A stretch of DNA of 64,000 nucleotides from the human T2T-CHM13v2.0 reference genome, Homo sapiens (GCF_009914755.1 NC_060943.1), one strand, 5' to 3'; shown: positions 16,498 through 38,681, numbered from the stretch's first letter. Notes: generated by a model from the letters alone, not told the origin. Translations and numbers: made by a program.

Positions 16498-17796
16498 CAG
16501 TTCTACATTATTCAGAGTTGAGTGTTGCTTTCTTTAGCATCCTTCAAATAACTGAAAATATGCCATTAAAAAATATAACCAAGGTGTTGAATGGATAATA
16601 CATTTTAGTTCATTTCAAAATAGAGCCAATATCTTTATTTCTTGAGGTTTGAGAGCAGGCTGGTGTTTTGTTCTGTTTTTCCTTCAGATTTCTGTGAAGG
16701 GATAAATATTAGACCCACTTTACAGAGAACAGTTGAGTCACAGACAAGGGATGACTTGCCAATTGCATGCAGAGGTCACTTTAAGTAGGACCAGTGCTAC
16801 CAAGTTGCATTTCAAGATTGGTAACCTTAAGACCTGACAGACCCTGGGGTCAGGAATTGATAGAGAAGGACTCTGTTAGATGAGGACCCATGACTTCCTC
16901 AACCCTTCATCAGCACTCCTGTCTGAGGCTCTGTTCAACCTAAGTTTCTTCATGGATTGAAACAAAATTATATGTGCATATTACAGAGTAATTGATTGTG
17001 TACAGATGCTTCCTTTAGGTATTTCAGAGGATGTGTGTAAACATGCTTTAGATATTCATAAGCATCTTATAATTTTGTTTATGTAAGCAATCGCCTAGAA
17101 AAGTAGAGGATGCGAAAGGTTTGTTTTTCTTTCCCGTGGATACCTTGCTTGTTCCTGCTGAATTCTAGAACATGGCATCTTTAGGAACATGCCATTATCT
17201 GGAGGCAATTGCCTACAGTCATTGAGATTTTTCTTTTTAAAATGTAGTTTTTGCATACTACGTCTAGTCACATTTTGTTTCCATAGAGGGTTTGGCTTTC
17301 TGGGATATCAGAAGGAAGCTATGGATGTTTGGAAAAGGTCTGTGACCTTTTGAGGTTATCATCACAGGGGACAATTGCACTCTCCCATTCATTGCTCCCT
17401 GGTGTCAGTCAGAATAATGCGTGGTGGTCTGACTTCCAGTGGCATTTCTTATGCAATAGGCTTACAAAAACATAATGAGGTCATGGCAAGCCTAGGTTCC
17501 TACAGACATAAATGAGATTCAGAAGAAAATTGCTCTGTTCATTTCAGATTCTCCTCTTTGTGATTGTCTTGAGAGAATGTTCATTTGGCTGCAGGTTCAG
17601 TGCTTGCACAGTTATATTGGAGTATCTAAGTAAACTGAAGTGCAGCATAAACTGTCGTAGCTGGAAAGTTGCTAAAGACTGTAAGCCATAACAGTTTGTT
17701 TAACTTAAGCTGTTAAAACTTTAGGTTCTTTAAGGTGCCATTTTTTTGGCCACATTCTGTGGTTCCCCATAGCCTTCAGGAAGGAATCCAAACTCT

Positions 17797-18098
17797 TTTT
17801 TTTTTTTTTTTTTTTTTTTAAGATGGAGTCTCGCTCTGTCGCACAGGCTGGAGTGCAGTGGCGTGTCTCGGCTCACTGCAAGCTCCACCTCCCGGGTTCA
17901 CTCCATTCTCCTGTCTCAGCCTCCTGAGTAGCTGGGACTACAGGTGCCCACCTCCACACCCAGCTAATTTGTTGTACTTTCAGTGGAGACGGGGTTTCAC
18001 CATGTTAGCCAGGATGGTCTTGATCTCCTGACCTCGTGATGCATCCGCCTCGGCCTCCCAAAGTGTTGGAATTACAGGCGTGAGCCACCGCGCCCAGC
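17797..18098 (-). mobile_element. Alu (AluY-like)
   Basis: Long poly(T); perfect 17-bp TSD gaaggaatccaaactct at 17780 and 18099. Confidence 0.95.
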
Positions 18099-19190
18099 GA
18101 AGGAATCCAAACTCTTAAAGTGGTTTGATCCAGTCCCTGGTTCCTTGCTAATGCATCTTACCCATTCTTTCCCCACACACACTTTGTTCCAGTTGGTTCT
18201 CCCAACTGGCAGTGCTTTTTTTTGCGGAGGGAAGGGTCTGTGCACACTCTGTCCCTCTGTCTTAAATGCACTTCATACTTCAGGTCTCACCTGAGATGGA
18301 ACTTCCTACAGAAAGGCTTTCCCGAATCTGAAAGGCTGGGCTTGGGGACCTTTTAATATGCTGAATCATCATTCAGTTATTGATTCTTTCAGTGAATATT
18401 TGTGTCAAGCACTGTGTCATAGGCTGAGGACACAGAATAGAACTAAACAGGGGACAGGCCTCACAGAGCTTGCATTCTTGTCAGGGAAACCATCTCGTAT
18501 TTACACACTTAATTTTTTTTTATTTGGAAATGATTGAAAACTTGTAAAAATAGCACAAAGGAATATCCTATATGCTTTACCCAGATTCATCTATTTTTTT
18601 TTTCAGATTCATGTGTTGTTAACAATTTACCACCCCATTTGTGTTCTTACTCTTTCTGTATACATAATTTTTCCAGTGGGATCAGTTACGTACATTATGG
18701 CCCTTCCCCTCAAAATACTAAGGTGTCAGTTTCCTAAAAGTGGAGACATTTTCACATGATAGATTTTATAGATTTACATTGATAAAATATTTTATTTGGG
18801 AGGATTTATCCTTCCTGCATTTCTTTTTTTTTTCAATCTTTTTTTTACTGTGTTAAAATACACAAAACATAAAACTTGCCATTTTAATCATTTTTAACTA
18901 TACAGTTCAGCGATATTAAATACTTTCATGTTATGCAACTATTTCTGTAACACTTTCCATCTTGTAAAACTGAAACTCTGTACCCATTAAGCAGTAACTT
19001 TTCATTCCCACTTTCCCCAGCCCCTGACAACCACTGTTCTACTTTCTGTCTCTATGAGTTTGACTACTCTTAAGTACTGCATATAAGTGGAATCATATAG
19101 TATTTGTCTTTTTGTGACTGGCTTATTTCACTTAGCACAATCAAGATTCAGCCATGTTGTCAGAATTTCCTTCCCTTTAAAGGCTGAATA

Positions 19191-19493
<303 letters not shown>

Positions 19494-19499
19494 GGTTGA

Positions 19500-20265
<766 letters not shown>

Positions 20266-20352
20266 AAATTAATTTTTACTGTAGTTAATTGATTAAAATT
20301 TGGTTCTAAAATTATGATGCTGATGGGTTTTCTTTTTTTTTCCCCCATCTAG

Positions 20353-24281
<3,929 letters not shown>

Positions 24282-24945
24282 TGATGATGATTTTTCAAGG
24301 ACAACCTATTCTGGTAAAAAAAAAACTGCCCTGTGTGTGTATTTGACTTAACATAAAAAAGCAGTGCCTCAATTAGCTACCATTATTGGCAGCTCTCAAG
24401 TAGTTAGGACTTTGGATAGATAGTCTGAGTTGTTGTTGCCTAAAACAATAGTTAATTAATTAGCAAAATGAGGAGATAATGCAGAACTTGTCAGTGTCTT
24501 GACAAGTGGCCAAGCGCAGTGACAATACACTTGCTCTCCCTTCACTGAAACACCAGAACTCAAAACTGCTTGCCGCAGTCTCTCACTGCTAAACATAACA
24601 TTTCATCCATACATCTCTTAAATGATCCTTCCTCCCTTGCTGATCTGTAAAGGTTGCTGCATTTGAGATTGGTGAAGGATTGGATGATGATTTGCACACA
24701 CAAATCAGTGACGAGTCTTTGAGTACATAAATGAAAAAAGAGAATCTTGCCACTGAGAGTTATAAACCTGTCCCGTATTTGTTAAATTGGAATACCATCC
24801 AGTCTATTATTTTATCTTCAAGGGAGTTGCTGCTGCTATCAGTCAGAAACTCGGATTTTATTTAGGGATCACAAATGGTGCAGGGAGAGAAAAGAAAAAG
24901 TTAACTGTATACATTATAAACATTGGGCCTACTCGTCATATGTAG

Positions 24946-25278
<333 letters not shown>

Positions 25279-25395
25279 GCAGATGAAGTCTCTTATCCTG
25301 CGTAGAATTGTAGTTTGTAGTCTGCAGGGCAGAGAGCTGTAAGCAGTACTCTGTCCCCTTGGGTTTAGGCTTTGAGAAAGAAAAAGCGTTTCTCA

Positions 25396-25813
<418 letters not shown>

Positions 25814-27539
25814 ATGTATATATATATAAATACTCTTTATTTTTTCAGAAAAAGACATTTTGGTGACATGCCACAACAGAACTGTGTTATATAATAATCC
25901 TTCACCAGCAGATTATGATATATAGAAGGATTTTTTCACGTTAAAGCTTTTGCTACTCTCCCTCCCATGAAAGAACAGAGAACAGAGTTACTTGTCTGAA
26001 AGTACTGCAGGGACCTCTGGAAAGAAAGATTGCCAGAAACTTTTATTATTACAAATCCTACCAAATCAGAAGGTTCTAGAATCCAGGCTGTCTTGAGAGC
26101 TGACAATCCTGACAACTCTGTTGTAAAATGTAATACAGAGGCCAGTTTGGCAGCCCTGCGGGCCCCGAGAGATGGAGGAACAGGGTGCCATCACCCTCCC
26201 ACAGAAATTGCATCCACTTTGTGCTACATCCCATAGTAGAGAGTGTTCCTGCATTACCGCTGACCAGGAGCTTCCAGAGTTTTCTCATCTGTGCAGTGTG
26301 AGAAAGGGCAGAGTGGTTCTGTATCCCTCCCCACCTGTGCTGACTATTAATAAATGCCATAGGCATCCTCCTGTCTGATTTTCCTTTGCCTGGCTTTTCT
26401 ACATGGAGTCCTTTGTCTGCCTCCAGTGTTTTCTCCTCCAAAGGTTGGTAGGAGGCCACCCTGTGGAAAGCATTGCTTATTTAGGAAGCCAGAAAACGGC
26501 CTGACTTGCCTCCGGTATTTTCCCAGAGCTCACCTATTTAATGATACTGGAATCCAAACATTTTGAACATTTCTTCTCTTCCTCCTCCTCTCCCAATGAA
26601 GACTGTTGCCAGAACAGCTTAAAAATGCTGACAGTCTTCTAATTTGTGGGGGTGTTTGCACACCTGGAAATTAGGAAGGTGGCATAATAGCATACTGAAT
26701 TATAACTATATTCTGACTTCTAGCTACATTTTTAATACTTACTGAAAATGATGCTTTAAAAACACATTCCCATGCAAGCCAGGCTTTAAAGAGCACACAC
26801 TGTAGTGGAGGCTCAGCAGAAAACAGCTGATCACAGTGTGCCTCTAAGATAGCTGTGTTCATGCTGGTAATGAGCACTTCCTAACCTGAGACTTCCTTCC
26901 CCGGGTTGCTGGGTCAGCGTGCAAGAAGTGGTCGGCTTCCGGTCTATCTTTAGCTATGTGGGCCACACCTCTTCAAGTCAAATAAAAATGATACTTCTGG
27001 CCCAAGAGCAATAGCGTGCCAGAAGTCAGTTATGGAGTATCCTCTGGAAAGAGTGACTAGAAGGTGAAATTTTCTTTTCCTGCCTTGGAAAATGGTGCTT
27101 TGAAATGAGGGTAGTTGCTTTGTCATCCCAGTGCAGAGATGAGCAAATCCTTTGCCGCTAGAGCAAACCTCCTATTAAAATTGCTGCAGTTCGGAACACA
27201 GACTGGCACTTGTTTTACTGGAAAAGCAAGATGCCATCAGGGGAGAGAAGGGCCAAGCCAACCCCTGTGTGGGAGATTTGGCCTTTGGTTTTTATTGGCA
27301 TGACAAAGCAATACAATATTTATTTGGAGGGAGGGGGCAGCTAGGCACTAGGATTTCAGTTGGTAAGGGAAAATACACTGAGTACCTCCTGCGTGCCAGG
27401 CACCATAGGGAAATGACACAGACCCTTCTTGCCCAGACCTTAGTACCCAGTTGAGGCAGCAAGGCCTACACAGCCACTGAAAATAGGTGGCCTGCCCAGG
27501 GAAGGCTATGTGTGGGCATGTCGGGTTAGTTATGTTAGA

Positions 27540-27740
27540 GTAGGTTGTAGTGATTAGGAGCTCAGGCTCTGGGAATCTGGGCTACAGTCAACTCCAGCTC
27601 CTCCGCTTCCTTAGTTGGACTTTGGGCATGTGAGTCACTTCTCCACATTCTTTCTGCAAAAGAGGGAGCACCTTCCTGATCAGGTTGTGAGAAATGAACA
27701 CCGGGCGTAGTGCATGCTGGATAAGTGTCAGCTGTCATCA
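27540..27740 (+). mobile_element. MIR
   Basis: gtagtgattaggagctcaggctctgg...ccagctc...actttgggcatg..tcactt...ctgcaaaa, MIR core. Confidence 0.55.
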
Positions 27741-29494
27741 TTTAACTAGACCCCAGAGAATGAGTGGAACTAAAGCAGTGGCATGAGGTAAGGAAGGACT
27801 TGAAGGTGGAAATATGCATATTGTATTCCGAGAAAGGAGAAAACTTGTCTGGTCTAGCTGAGGGCTTGAGGGACCAACATTATCCGTCCCGTCTTTTGGA
27901 AGTTTTAACCTCATGCATTACTGAGCTGCTTTCTTGGTACTTACCCTAGCAACCACCCTAACAAAAAAATAGCTATGCTCTGGGTACCAATGTGATACAG
28001 AAAAAAATCACTCAGTGCCCTTGGCTGATTTGCTAGATTAGGTCTTTACTATAAAACTGGAGTCGGAGTGAGGGAATCGCTTTCATTTCTCCTCATGAAA
28101 GTGCAGACTGTAAAGCTGACTCTCATTCTGGGTGCTTTTCCCAGCTGAACCATTTAGCAACCCACCCTCATAGTGGGAGCCTTCCGCACTCAGCTGAATG
28201 AAATTGAAAATCTACGATTGCACTTCAGTAGGGTCCATGAATAGTGGCTTTGTCTGTAAAGAGTTGTTGTTGCACATGGTCTCTGTCTCCCAGTGCCATG
28301 CGTTTGCAAAGACGAGATCAGGATCGGCAGGGTCTTATTTTAAAGCCAAAAAACAGGCTGGGGAGCCTTGTTCCACAAAGTATGCCTTTTGGTCATGCTG
28401 AAATGCCTGCGTTTGGTGTGTTTGACTGTGGATTTAAAAAGAAGACATTATTGGCTATTTACCCTTCTATCTGATGTGTTCTTATTTTGGTGCTAAAAAA
28501 AAAAAGACAAAACAGAATGATAAAGAAAATCTTTCACTCACTGCAGCAACCACATGACAAGACAACCTATTGAAAAGCTAACCAATTCAATCATGCATTG
28601 TTTGGTCTATAAGGCACCAAGTAACCAGTTTGACAGTTTGTGTCCCCCCCTAGTGAATTGGCTTATTTCATTGGATTCAGTGAATTGGCTGGTTGTTGTG
28701 GCTTTGTGTGGACACAGCTCTCATTTTGTGAGGCCTAGAATGGAGTTAAAGTTTCTAGTGTGAATAAAAACCAGCTGGGGAATTGGACTGCTTGCTCCCC
28801 TGGGAGGGATGTTGAGTTTTGACAGACAAGCTGAATGCGATGAAATATGAGCTCTTTGTAACCTGCCTAGGAAAGACTCTCAGTGTGTGCTTCAGAAATA
28901 GTCCTACTCAATGAGCTTTGAGACCAAATACATAACTTGGTTTTAAAAATGGGGTGGGCACACTGACTTGACCTTGGATTTTCTGTTTCCTGGAAAAATT
29001 GTGTCTTTTAAACGAGGTACTTTTGTTTCCAAGCCGAAGTTCAGTCATTCTTTTAGGAAGGAGACATGCATTTCGGTGCGTGGGCATTCAGTGAGCACTT
29101 GTTTTATGCCCAGCATTGTGTTGGGTGCCCTAGGTGTGGTAGTGACGTTAATCCAGCTTACAGTCTTGGGGATGTTAGGTTTTAAACATGTACTTGCATG
29201 CATTTTGAATATTACCAGAGGGAAGGTACAGGATACTAAGGAATTGTGTAACAAGGAAGTTTAACCTAAACTGCGGTATCAGGAAAGCTCCCCAAGGAAA
29301 TGATATTTAAGGCTGAGACTTTGGAAGCTGAGGCAGACAAAGTCAGTGAGGATGGAAGCTTCATGGAGCTGAAAGAACTTCATGTGTTCAAAGAGTTGAA
29401 AGAAGCTTAGCGTGGCTGCTCTGGAGAGGTGAGGGGGACCCACGCCAAATAATAGAGGGCTGTGGCTACCACGTGAAGGGTTTTGTGTTTTTGT

Positions 29495-29710
29495 GCATTT
29501 ATTGAATACTTACTGTGTGCCAGGTACGTGTCAGGCATTTTCACATCAATTTTTTATTTATTCCTCCTCCCAGTCTTAATGAGGTGATGTTTTTCATCCT
29601 TGATTTTGAGTTGAGGTAACTAAGGCTCAGAGAGATTAAACCTTGCCCAAGTGAGTGTAGCCACTGAGTGGAAGAGCTGAGATTCTGAACCCTGGTGTTC
29701 TGACTTCCAC
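29495..29710 (-). mobile_element. MIR
   Basis: catttattgaatacttactgtgtgccagg...ttgaggtaactaaggctcagagagattaaaccttgcccaag. Confidence 0.65.
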
Positions 29711-30507
29711 TTCCTGTGGATTTTCATCATCCAGTCTGCAGAAAAGTTGCTAATATTCAACAGTCAGGTGCCTATATTTAGACCACTCAATCAGTCCAGT
29801 CGATTTGTTCATTCAAACAAAAGATCTTTGATTATCTGAAAAAATCCATTTCTCCTCACTGCCCCCCAGAACAGCACGGTGCTGTTTGTTTCTAGCTTCA
29901 GAGCCTAGTTGAGTAGAGGACAAAAAAGGCATGGAGACATTGAAATAGCAACTGGAACTTTGAGAAATTGTTTCTCACTGGTGTCACTCGATTCTCAGTT
30001 TATTTTAAGCCTGAAGAACTTCTGTAGTGTGTTTTTGGTGATAAAAATAGACTATCTTTAACTATCTGCCTTAGCTTACAGCATACCTGTTCTTAAAAAA
30101 AAATTACGATAGGCAACCCAAATCTGTTTTTAAAAGAACTGGGAATTGTGCTGATGCCTCACTGAGCCAACTTGGTCTCCTCCACCACCTGGTGATACTG
30201 AAATACCTTTGTAGGGACTCAAATTATTCCAGCTCTAGTCAGGAATCACCTTTGCTTATAAGGCAAAGGCCTTCCAAATGGATTTTCTACAGCATTTGAG
30301 AGAAGCAAGCAATAAGAACTGACCCATAGCGTTGGAAAGTCCAAATTCAGTGTGTGTTGAACTTCAGGCAAGTGTTCATGAAAATGTACCTGGAACTAGT
30401 GGGCCCTCCTCGCTGTTTGGCTCCAGATCACACTGGCCACGAGTTGTCTTCTCGGGGGGGTGGATCCGCGGTCACCAGACTTCATGCCTTAATAGAACAA
30501 AAAGCTA

Positions 30508-30823
<316 letters not shown>

Positions 30824-31459
30824 TTAGGTCCTGCAATAGGATGACATGTCTCCGTTTCTTTCTCCATTATTTAAGAAGATTAGGGATGACAGGAAGGCCA
30901 GGACTTTGTGGTCCTTCCTGTTCATCCGTAAATAAAGATGCTCCAAGATGGTGAGTGACTGAGTCATGGTATTAACTGCCAGCTTGAAGGAGACCATATC
31001 TAAGCATTTGTGCTTTAATAATAGATTTTGTCAGCAAGAATACATCTGCCTTCAGGTTTTCTTTTAAACTTGGGCGTGGAATTTTTCAGAGCCCAGAAGG
31101 GGGAGCACCGGTTAACCAAGAATACATTTGGAGCATAAGCAAATAACTTAATTAAAAAGGTCCTTTTGGAACTCTTTTGGAAATAGAAGAGAATAATTGC
31201 CAATCAGAAAGGCACGATGTTGAATACTGAATGCAAGAAAGTGGTTTAGGGAACAGCTGTAGTAATGCCACTTATGGAATCTTTCCGATTTTCTAAGACT
31301 CTACCAGTTACAGTTAGTCCATAGTATGCTACCACACAACTTGGCAAGCCATGGGTGTGACCCTCTGGGGCTCTGTGTATTGATTTCACTCTCATCCTCA
31401 TTCAGATGGCACTGTCCATGTTCCAGACTACATTCCGTATATGGTGTTACCTGTTACTC

Positions 31460-32233
<774 letters not shown>

Positions 32234-33737
32234 CCAACTAGAAAACCGAGTTCCGATGCCTGGTTCCCCACCACCCCACCTGCTTCCAGTCCAGTTAAAT
32301 CAAAATCACTAGGGCTGGTGTCCAGGCACTTTGAAAAAAAAAAAAAAAGACAAAAAAAGGCAGTGAATCCAACAGGCTGGGTTCTGTTTTTTATTTCCTT
32401 TATTAGATGTGTTACCAAGCATTTAAAAGGTTTAAACGGCTATACTAGATGGTACAACTCTAGTGAACATATTTTCTGACTCTAAAATCTAGATAAGTAA
32501 CTTTACATTTATAAGGTTGTTTATGGAGACCAAAAGAGAATATTTGAAGTTGACAGCGTAGGGTCAGTAAGTAGCCCTCCCTGCTGTTCCCACAGAAGAT
32601 AGAATATTCTTACCTTTTTCCATTGTTGCATAGCTGGTACTTGCTCATGTGGTACCTAGATGAGCTTTGTTTATTGTGGATATGTCTTCTGTTACCAAAT
32701 AGATTGGAAGTTCATTGAGGGCGGGAGACGACTTTGGTCCTAGTATTAGCTCTGCTGCCAGTTTGTTATGTGGCCTTGGGGTGATTCATAAATTCATTAA
32801 AAAAAAACAAACCAAGACTCTTGCCTTCTAGGAACTTAGCCTAGTAGAATATTTGTTGTATGTGTACGTAAATAACTGTACCTCATTCAGTACCTACAGA
32901 GGGAATTAGGACTTCATCTGGCGGTTTTTAAAAGGCTTATGATATAGTACTGCCAAAGTATGAACAAGGCCTTCTGAGCCTCACCTCCTCACACACTAGT
33001 GTGAGCAGCACAGTGTAAGGAGAAATGAGAATCTCTACCACAGAGATAGTCTGCGTCTCAGCTCAATTTGAGAAAATAGAAAGGAACATTGGCCCAGTAC
33101 ATTATTGGAAACTGTTTTTGTTCAGCAAATACATTGAGTGCCCACTGCACGTCAGGCCCTGGAACCCAACCATCTTCCCAGCTGATAGAAGGCCCTTCTT
33201 TTGGCTCTTACCTATCCCCTGGCTTCCATTCTACTCTTTTTCTTGCCCCAGTGGACTTGGACAGGGTCTGTGGACTGGGCTTACAGCCGAGTGGGGAGCA
33301 GAGGCAGTGACAGATGCAGCTTCCTACTCTGCCACAGTCGGGAGTTTCCTCTTTATGCCCTGTGTCTGAAAAGCCGAGAGACCAGAGGTAGTTGCCAGGC
33401 ACCATTTCTCCCCAGTGCACCACGGGCATAAACTATTATTTATAAACTTTGCCATGATTAATATCAAGACCAAAAATCAGGTGTGTTTTTAAGCAAACTA
33501 TGAGGTACAAAGCAATGGACTATGTTGTTCATTTTTTTAAAATCAGTCTAAAAGGCCAAGGTGAAGGTGTTTCAGGCTGGCCCAGTCCTTTGTGTATGGC
33601 AGTGGCATTTCTTCGTGGAGGAGATAGACCATGCAGGGGAAAGAGCATGGGGCTTTGGCATTCAAAGATCACCGTACACTAAGTGCTGGCTGTGAATCTC
33701 CATGAGTCTCTGTTTTCTCAACTGTAAAATGGGTCTA

Positions 33738-34169
<432 letters not shown>

Positions 34170-34992
34170 CTTAGAGGCACACATGTGGAGATTGTTCTCA
34201 GGGATTGAATTCCTCTGGCTAGATGCTTTTTTCAGTTCAGCCTGCTAATAGGTAAGTGCCTCCGGAAGAAGATGGATGTTGGGTGTTGTTACTTTCTCCT
34301 TTTCAAGGACCTGTTGCTGAAAGTGCACCCAATAACTCCCTGAAGAGTGACACACGTCTGACTGGGGGCATGAGATATCTGGCAGGCCACTCAGGAGAAT
34401 GGCATTTCCATGAGAAATATGCCCAGTAACCCTTCAGATGCCTGAAGTGTTGTTTCTATCAGCAGTCTGGCCCAGCTCTTGGCATGCACCCCAAACCCTG
34501 ATTTTCTTACTAGGAAGGTTTAGAATTCATTTTGCAAGAGTTCCAATTTTGTGACACCCTAGAGAGCCTTCAGTTATCTCAAGGAGGTATTCTGAAATTC
34601 TGTAAACCAGAGTTTGTCTTAAAAAATAGGGAGTGAGATTGAATCCACGTCACTCAGCAAGGAGGTGGGGTGATGCTACTGCAAAAGCTTACCCTCCACA
34701 TCCACTGTTGTAAATGGAAGGATTGAACTAAATCTGGGGCTCTTTGAGGTGAAAGAGATAGGAGCAGTTGTCTCAGTTAGCCTTCCGTCTCTCTTATCGC
34801 TCCCAATGTGACCCTTTGGAGCCATGTAAAAGAAGCCTGCTCTATAGTCAATAGGTAGCTCTATAGCTATTTGAAAATAGCTATCAGAGTGCCCCATTAT
34901 TCTCTTTGCCAATTTAAAGTTCCCTGGTATTTTATATGAGTGGATCTTTATTACCTTTAGAAACCTTTGGAAGTCCTCCAGATAATCAGTGA

Positions 34993-35315
<323 letters not shown>

Positions 35316-35542
35316 TAGTGTGCTTTTATTCACTTACTCAGTCATCCATTTATTTATTCTCTCCATCTCAAGAATTTTCACTAGATTATAAGCCGTGGTG
35401 GTTAAAAGCACAGGTTTCGCAGTCATACAGACCTGACTTTGTCAAGTTACTTTTTCTAGGAGTTGGCCTCTATCAAATGGAGTTTTTAATACCCACACCC
35501 ACAAATATTTTGAATCTGGAGTGCTTGTAAAGAATTTATACT

Positions 35543-35694
35543 GGCTGGGTGCGGTGGCTCATGCCTGTAATCCCAGCACTTTGGGAGTCCGAGGCAGGAG
35601 GGTCCCTTGAGCCCAGGAAGCTGTGGTTGTAGGGAGCTATGACTGCGCCACTGCACCGCAGTCTGGATGACAGAGCGAGACCCTATCTAAAAAA
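35543..35694 (+). mobile_element. Alu monomer (FRAM-like)
   Basis: Single-arm Alu with A tail. Confidence 0.75.
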
Positions 35695-36254
35695 GAACTT
35701 ATGCTAGGTTCTGGTACACAGAAACTACTCAGTTGATGAAGGCTAAATTTCCTGGCTAAGTTAGATTGTTAGAACACACCAGCATCATCTTGTTCCTAGT
35801 ATTAAGAGGGTGGGGGAATGTAAGATTGAAATTTGTTGTCTGTTTCCTAGAACCATGGTTAGAAGGAGGCTTTAAGGTGATTAGGAATAGCTTCTTTGCA
35901 GCTTCCATTTCTGTTCCTTCACAGCGGTTTATTTGGAAGCCTGTTTTATTGAACAGTGCTGTTAGTTTCAACAGGCATATTCTGTAGGATTTGAGATTGT
36001 TAAAAACTTCAATGATAGAAGATGGATGAATGTGATTTAAGTACAGATGCTCTTTGGTTATTCAGATTGTATAGCTAACCTTTTAAACTCCAAATGTAAA
36101 ACTTTTCGACTTTTAACCTTTTAAACTTTAAATTAAAAAAAAATAGGAAACATTTTAAGTGGGGAGAGCATTGTTTGAATCATTGTTATCTGGTTGCAAC
36201 AATGTGTGAAACAGAGGCACTCAGCCCCTCTTCCCCACCCCGCCCCTCCTCCCG

Positions 36255-36842
<588 letters not shown>

Positions 36843-37923
36843 TAAATTCTTTATGTTATACTTCATATAAGTAGAAGATGCTAGAGACACAGTATAGACT
36901 CGTTAAATTATTTCCTGTAAATGTATATCATACATCGTTAATTGGCATTTCCTTACTTCTTTGGTAAAAAAAGTCTGAAGTCAGAGCCTGTTTGCTTCAG
37001 TCTATAAGGGGAGCAAGCAGCAGCCATTCCCCCGAACCTAGGAGGCTATGCCACTACTTTATGAGGAGCAGGTATCTCACAGTGAGTGGGGACAGGCTTT
37101 ATGGAGTACATGGTTCTTCCCTGAGACCCCAGAATCCATTCACATTATAGCATTCTCCATATTGAGTCAGGTAGCAGGCTGAATGAAGATTGGATTCTCA
37201 TTGCCTTTGGTTTGTCATTTGAAGTAATCTCACCCAGCAGCCCAGAAATGGAATGATCTTGCTCTTTCCTTGTGTACATTATATTCTGATCTGTTCTTTT
37301 TTTTTCTTGCTATTTGTTTGCACAGGAAGTTCTCAACGAATCTCAGACTAAACAGGAAGTGATTTTTTTCTTATACAAAGGGGTACTGGTAGGAACGAAG
37401 ATGGGCAGGAGAAGGAGAGGGAATAGGTGGCCTGCGGCCTGGCGGTTCGTTGTTTCCTTCAGTGGATTTTATGTAAAATCCCTAAATACTTTAGGTTTAT
37501 GGGCTGTGCACATTTCTGAGTAAATCTGCTTTTCTAAATTGGTTTCATCAACTGGAAAATGTAACTGGATTGCTGGAGATACACCTGGGTCTAATTTACC
37601 TTGATCCTATTTGGTTACTTTTCTTTTTTAGTAGATATTTTAACAAAAGGCCAAAATTTCAAGTGTATTTCTTTGGCTTTAGGAAATTTATCATTTGTTT
37701 AGAGTAATTTTTTCTCCATTTAAGGTTCAAAATAAAAAGATTGAATACTTTTGAGGCAGAGTATCTCAGTATTAATCATGTTAATGAGCATAGGCTTTGG
37801 AGACAAACCTTCCTGGATTTGAATCCAAGCAGTCACTTAGTAGTTGTGTCATTTAGGCATGTGAGAGATTTTTTCCTTGGTAAGATTGAGTGTCATCAGG
37901 TTTAAAAGAAATAATATTTGGCA

Positions 37924-38164
<241 letters not shown>

Positions 38165-38681
38165 TCAAGTGGTTGCTGTTGCTGCTGCTACTGCTGCTGC
38201 TAGTACTTCTTGAAGAAGGTGACTAGGGAAAAATAGACAAAAAAAATACTTTATTTGTCTTGTTTGATTAGTCGACTTTACCTTTTCCTAATGTGGATGC
38301 AACTGAGAATTAACCCCAAGCTAATGTATCAAAGGACATTCTCATTTGGGTCTATCAGCCCTAGCAGAATGCCTGCTCTCTTTTCTAGAAAGAGGAAATA
38401 ATCTGTTTTCCATTTCATTTTTTTTAAAGATTTTAGCTATCTTTGAGTATGTAACATCTATTATCCTTGTAGGGTGTTTGGAAAACTTCCTGTTTACTCC
38501 AGTGCATCCCTGGTAGAGGATGTAGATAATCATCGTATTGTTATTTTATTACATAAACATGGACTGCTTCTTATAAACATCTTTGTTCTAATAATGTGGT
38601 CTCATACTCAAGGTGTGACTTTCTGGCATCCTGTGTGGTATTCAGAGGCCAGAAGATAGAAAATTAAAAGTAGTGAGATGA

